Shown here piece by piece: positions 59,879-64,000 of a stretch of DNA of 64,000 bases. Source of the stretch: an uncultured Bacteroidales bacterium (lineage in GTDB: Bacteria; Bacteroidota; Bacteroidia; Bacteroidales; S143-33); assembly GCA_964649975.1 (NCBI GenBank), contig CAZYSM010000008.1, positions 3,094 through 67,093 of the forward strand, in the 5' to 3' direction. The notes below the pieces were generated by a model that did no database searches, was not told the DNA's origin, and saw only the letters and a list, made by a program, of their open reading frames with translations. The translations under genes and the position numbers were made by a program. The first letter of the stretch is position 1. Every line of letters begins with the position of its first letter.

Positions 59879-60397
59879 TTATCCGAAAATTTGTTGAACT
59901 TCCTGTTTGAGAATAGCAATGGCCTGATCAGTGGGAGTATTATCCACCGAGGCGTATGTCTCAATAATAACACGGCTCATTTTCTGCACAGAATCATTAA
60001 ATTTCTCATCCGATGCTACAGTATTAATAAGTTTCAGGATATTTTCCTTAGCCGAACGCACTGCTTCCCAGGCCTCGGCACTAACATAAATCTGTTGCGA
60101 AAGATTATGTTCGTATTCCTGCCTGACCGTAGTCACCAGGGCATAATGGAACTGTTCAGGTGTCATATCTTTTTTATAAACACGCGGAATAAGCAACTCC
60201 GGGGAAATCCGCTCCATCAACAAAACCAGACGCTCATAAGCCTGAAGACGTATAGGCACCAACTTTTTAGCATTCTCCAGATTTAATTTCAATTGCATCT
60301 GAGCTTTTTCCCTCTCCAGAAAAGTGTGCATAACCACATAAGCCGTAAGAAAAACCACTAAAGACGGTATCGTATATAAAAAAACTTCTCTCCACAT
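59879..60397 (-). CDS. hypothetical membrane-anchored helical protein
   Basis: 172 aa with an N-terminal TM helix FLYTIPSLVVFLTAYVVMHTF. Its stop is 1 nt from the FKBP start. Confidence 0.45.
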   Translation of the reverse strand: MWREVFLYTIPSLVVFLTAYVVMHTFLEREKAQMQLKLNLENAKKLVPIRLQAYERLVLLMERISPELLIPRVYKKDMTPEQFHYALVTTVRQEYEHNLSQQIYVSAEAWEAVRSAKENILKLINTVASDEKFNDSVQKMSRVIIETYASVDNTPTDQAIAILKQEVQQIFG

Positions 60398-60486
60398 AAG
60401 CTACGAAATTTTTTCAAAATTAATGTTTTTCCATTCATTAACAAAGATGAAAATATTATATTTGATTAAACCGTAAAAATATAAAG

Positions 60487-61215
60487 ATGGAAAGTAATAA
60501 CGCAAATAAGTCAAACGAAATTTACAATTTACTGGTAGAAAAAGCCACCCTCAAACAAAAAATCTTTGATAATACGCTCCAGGCTTTCAAATGGATAAAA
60601 GAAATTACCCAGGAAATGGAAAACGACTTTAATGAGAAGTTGAAAGAACACGACCAGAGGATTTTGCTGAAATACAGGAATGTTGGCATTTTTCAGTCAG
60701 AGCTCAAAGTGGCTGGCGATATGCTGATTTTTTACATGCACTCCAATATTTTCCAGTTTGACCGCGACCACCGGATATGGAAAATAAAATATGTCAAACA
60801 AGACAATTACGCTGCCTACGTGGGCATAATCAGTATATATGACTTTCTGGCAGATTCGTTCCGTTACGGACGCACCGAAGATATGGGCTACTTAATAGCT
60901 CGCATATTCATCAATAAGGACAATGCTTTTTTTGTTGAAGGCAAACGCCAGAGTGCTTATCTGACAGAAGATTTTTACAATAGAAAAGTTACCAAAGAGG
61001 CTTTGCGCGATGTCATAGAATCCGCTGTGCTCTATTCTATGCAATTTGATTTGCTCGTGCCTCCATACGACTCTGTCAAAATTGCAACCGTGGAACAAAT
61101 GCTGGAAGCCAGGAAAATTGGAGTGCCTACAGGCAAAAGAGTAGGATTTTCTTTCCGCACAGATGATATTGACCTGAGCAATGACCAGGATAAAATCTAC
61201 TACACCGGCGGATAA
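60487..61215 (+). CDS. hypothetical protein
   Basis: 242-aa ORF with no signal peptide and no motif I can name. Confidence 0.45.
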   Translation: MESNNANKSNEIYNLLVEKATLKQKIFDNTLQAFKWIKEITQEMENDFNEKLKEHDQRILLKYRNVGIFQSELKVAGDMLIFYMHSNIFQFDRDHRIWKIKYVKQDNYAAYVGIISIYDFLADSFRYGRTEDMGYLIARIFINKDNAFFVEGKRQSAYLTEDFYNRKVTKEALRDVIESAVLYSMQFDLLVPPYDSVKIATVEQMLEARKIGVPTGKRVGFSFRTDDIDLSNDQDKIYYTGG

Positions 61216-61216
61216 A

Positions 61217-62170
61217 CTATGCCACCATACGCGGATTACGCAATACTAACAATAGCATCACTGGCAGCCCGAAAAGGGAGAGAACTGAATTGAGCGGCAG
61301 GGAAAAACTAAAAGCATGGGAAAGAAAATCCGCAAATAACATTATCACTATACCCGTAAGCAAGGTATGGATCATAAGCGTTTTATGACTGTAAGAATGG
61401 GTAAGCCACCTGGCCACATGCGGAGAAATTACCCCTGCAAAAGCAATGGGGCCGTATGCCGAAGTTAATACAGCTATGACCAATCCGGAAAAAAGCAATA
61501 TTTTCCGTTTGAAAAGTGCAGCATCCACTCCTATTGACCTGGCATAATCATCGCCCAGATACAGACTGTCCAGCAAATTACCCTGACGCGAAAGCCACAG
61601 AACAAACATTATTACAACCAGAGCATTTAAAACAATTATCCTGTAATCCGCCATATCCACGGATGCCATAGTCCACAAAACAAAATCCTTGACAGCATAA
61701 GCCGGGGAAAAATATTGCAGGATATTTATCAAAGCTGCAAAAAAACCTGCCAGTATCACTCCGGAAATTATTACAGTAACCATAGAAAAACGGCGTGCCA
61801 GTAGTGATAAAACAGCCATAACTACCATTGATCCAGCAATGGCAAAAACATACATTGCCGCAAATGATAAATTCACAGAAACCACGGAAAAGAACAGTAG
61901 AGCCAGCGCCACGCCAAAAGCCGCTCCCGAACTGATACCAAGCACATAGGGCCCTGCCAGCGGATTCTGAAAAACTGTCTGTAAAACCAGCCCCGTCAAG
62001 GCCAGACCCGCTCCGGAAATCACGGCATTTAACAAACGCGGCAAACGAAAATACAGGAAAATATCTCCTAACGCGCTTATATTATTATCCATCAAATTTT
62101 TCCACACCTGACCCCAGAATAAATCCAATATCAAACCAAGAACCAGGAGAAAAAAAAGAATCCGCTTCAT
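61217..62170 (-). CDS. FecCD-family (BtuC-like) ABC transporter permease for iron chelate/cobalamin-type substrates
   Basis: 317 aa from the internal Met MKRILFFLLVLGLILDLFWG. Multi-TM. Contains NPLAGPYVLGISSGAAFGVALA and GPIAFAGVISPHVARWL. Confidence 0.8.
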   Translation of the reverse strand: MKRILFFLLVLGLILDLFWGQVWKNLMDNNISALGDIFLYFRLPRLLNAVISGAGLALTGLVLQTVFQNPLAGPYVLGISSGAAFGVALALLFFSVVSVNLSFAAMYVFAIAGSMVVMAVLSLLARRFSMVTVIISGVILAGFFAALINILQYFSPAYAVKDFVLWTMASVDMADYRIIVLNALVVIMFVLWLSRQGNLLDSLYLGDDYARSIGVDAALFKRKILLFSGLVIAVLTSAYGPIAFAGVISPHVARWLTHSYSHKTLMIHTLLTGIVIMLFADFLSHAFSFSLPLNSVLSLFGLPVMLLLVLRNPRMVA

Positions 62171-62234
62171 TGACCTGACTTTGAAAACCCACAAAAAAGC
62201 TTTAATTTTGAGACAAACAAATAAACCAAATACC

Positions 62235-62549
62235 ATGGAAAAAGACAAAATGGACAACAAATTAAATATTGAATTGCCCGAAGATGTAGCCGAAGGCATC
62301 TATTCCAACCTGGCAATTATAGCGCATTCGCATGCCGAATTTGTCGTGGACTTCATCAAAATCCTGCCAGGTGTCCCAAAAGGAAAAGTCAAAGCACGTA
62401 TTATCCTCACGCCCGAACATGCCAAACGTCTTTACAAAGCACTGGGCGATAACCTAAAACGCTACGAAGAACAATTCGGAAAAATCAAAGACATTGATCC
62501 CATTGGGCCTGGTGCTCCGATTAATTTTGGCGGACCAGCCCAGGCATAA
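62235..62549 (+). CDS. DUF3467 domain-containing protein
   Basis: 104 aa from the internal Met. Contains LNIELPEDVAEGIYSNLAIIAHSHAEFVVDFIKILPGVPKGKVKARIILTPEHAKRL. Confidence 0.75.
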   Translation: MEKDKMDNKLNIELPEDVAEGIYSNLAIIAHSHAEFVVDFIKILPGVPKGKVKARIILTPEHAKRLYKALGDNLKRYEEQFGKIKDIDPIGPGAPINFGGPAQA

Positions 62550-62579
62550 TCTACCGGGCTGCCCCAGACGGTAGCCCGT

Positions 62580-64000
62580 TTATTTTTTTCCACCCTCAAG
62601 TATTTTTATCTCTACCCGGCGGTTCTTTGCTCTACCCTCAGGTGTGTTATTAGGTGCTACTGGACGTGTGGGGCCATAACCCTTTGCTATCAGGCGCGAA
62701 CGTGCTATTCCATGCCGCACCAGATAATCCACCACAGCCTGGGCTCGCCGTTGCGACAGCTGCATATTATACTCCAGAGTGCCTATGCTGTCGGTATGTC
62801 CGGCAATCTCTATCTTAACCTGCGGATGCTTTTTCAAAAAGTCCACAAGGCGGTTAAGCTCAGGATAAGACTCTGGCTTGAGATTAGCCCGGTCATAGTC
62901 AAAGAAAATATTACGCAGCTGTGTGGTGCTCTGCGAGGATATATCCTCCAGGACAACCGTTTTTTCCACTTCTTTGTAGGTATCTTCGTTGACAAGGTCA
63001 AAATTTTCCGAGCTAAAGAGATAACCTTCCTTGCGAATGACCACAGCGTAATTCTTACCCTTGGGCAAGCTTACGATATATTCCCCGGTAGCACTGTTGG
63101 TCTTAACTTTGTAAAGGACTTTTCCCGTCTCATTATCCACGATAACCACCTCAGCTTCAACAGGTTTTCCGCTTTTATCCACAACACGTCCTTTGACCAG
63201 GACGATTTTTGCAGGCGGCTCAAACGAGGTCTCCCGTTTAGGATTAGCCAGGCCAGCCAACAACTGCTCATCACCGGCCATATAAGGATTAGCAGTGAAG
63301 AAATGCACCTGGTAAATATCTGTAAAACCTTTTGTGTCCTCACGCACAGCCGAGATATAACCTACTTTGGCATTACCAGAGATCACAAAATATATATCAT
63401 CATCCGGTGTATTCAGCGGATAGCCCAGGTTGACAGGGTCAGTCCAGGTGCCATCATCACGGCGCACCGTCTTGAAAACATCATATCCGCCCATAGAATT
63501 ATGTCCTTTGGAACTGAAATAAAGCGTCTTACCATCCGGATGCAGATACAAACCGTCTTCATCATAAGGTGTATTAACGTTATCCGGAAGCCGCACCGGG
63601 GTTGACCAGTTGCCATTGCTATCACGCACACTGTAATATATATCACCGTTACTGGTAAGTGGGTCCTGGGTTTTTCCTCTGACGAAATAAATCACATTTC
63701 CGTCCACTGAGATAGCAGCAGAACTCTCTATGGCATCGGAATTTATAGGGGCAGGAAATTTCTTTGGTTTAGACCATTTATTACCTTCTAACCGGCTCCA
63801 ATAAAGGTCTTCGTCACGGTAGATAATTATAGTTTGTCCGTCATAAGACAGACCTACCACAGCATCGTGTTCTGGCGTGTTAAGCGGATAGCCAGCATTA
63901 CGCGCCTGTGCCCAATGACCCTGTTTTACCTCACTGTAATAAATGTCCTCGTAATATTGTCCGTCGGCATCCTTTAACTCATAGTCATTGGGACGGCGGG
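62580..64000 (-). CDS. OmpA-family protein with TolB-like (PD40) beta-propeller repeats and carboxypeptidase-regulatory-like domain; N-terminus beyond the window
   Basis: The track starts it at GTG 63860, but the frame stays open to position 64000 (…NTPEHDAVVGLSYDGQ…). The C-terminal OmpA domain reads IFFDYDRANLKP...IAGHTDSIGTLEYNMQLSQRRAQAV...NRRVEIKIL. Confidence 0.88.
   Translation of the reverse strand, partial: RRPNDYELKDADGQYYEDIYYSEVKQGHWAQARNAGYPLNTPEHDAVVGLSYDGQTIIIYRDEDLYWSRLEGNKWSKPKKFPAPINSDAIESSAAISVDGNVIYFVRGKTQDPLTSNGDIYYSVRDSNGNWSTPVRLPDNVNTPYDEDGLYLHPDGKTLYFSSKGHNSMGGYDVFKTVRRDDGTWTDPVNLGYPLNTPDDDIYFVISGNAKVGYISAVREDTKGFTDIYQVHFFTANPYMAGDEQLLAGLANPKRETSFEPPAKIVLVKGRVVDKSGKPVEAEVVIVDNETGKVLYKVKTNSATGEYIVSLPKGKNYAVVIRKEGYLFSSENFDLVNEDTYKEVEKTVVLEDISSQSTTQLRNIFFDYDRANLKPESYPELNRLVDFLKKHPQVKIEIAGHTDSIGTLEYNMQLSQRRAQAVVDYLVRHGIARSRLIAKGYGPTRPVAPNNTPEGRAKNRRVEIKILEGGKK

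Noticed and set aside
62712-63605. 297-aa ORF antisense to the OmpA/PD40 gene, and a 234-aa ORF (39874..40578) antisense to folC
   Set aside because: Both are in the codon-aligned antisense phase of well-supported genes, and the sequences look random.
1-64000. CRISPR arrays, IS elements, prophage or defence-island genes
   Set aside because: I looked for regularly spaced direct repeats, transposase- or integrase-like ORFs with terminal inverted repeats, and clusters of nuclease/helicase/ATPase genes, and saw none. The window is dominated by core genes.

Overview
This window is a 64-kb stretch of a Bacteroidota-type chromosome. The phylum call rests on T9SS C-terminal sorting domains, TTTG/TAnnTTTG promoter boxes and many lipoprotein envelope genes. 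I count about 55 protein genes and 5 tRNAs. The left third (minus strand) is the conserved translation/transcription core: xerC-like recombinase, hpf, tRNA-Thr/Gly/Thr, tuf, tRNA-Trp, secE, nusG, rplK, rplA, rplJ, rplL, rpoB, rpoC. A TonB-receptor/DUF4249-like pair follows; the receptor is missing from the ORF track because it runs off the window. The rest is mostly housekeeping: pssA, ADP-forming acyl-CoA synthetase, ftsK, tdk, yidD, folC, apbC, dacB, gcvH, ispD, tRNA-Leu, TatD, pgk, a Na+/sugar symporter with galK, an FKBP isomerase, an FecCD permease and an OmpA/PD40 protein. Envelope and T9SS-related genes are interspersed: a PorV/PorQ-like barrel, a PorZ-like propeller and a choice-of-anchor-J-like cargo. 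The least ordinary region is 28.2-35.7 kb. It holds three GAF-PP2C (SpoIIE/RsbU-type) genes. Two of these are tandem 7TMR-DISM receptors, and one of the two has lost the catalytic aspartates. A small uncharacterised protein closes that operon, and no partner-switching genes are in view. A second notable item is a DUF3127-like OB-fold protein with an SSB-like acidic tail ending DLPF. I saw no CRISPR array, IS element, prophage or recognisable defence island. All family names come from motif recognition by eye; no searches were run.
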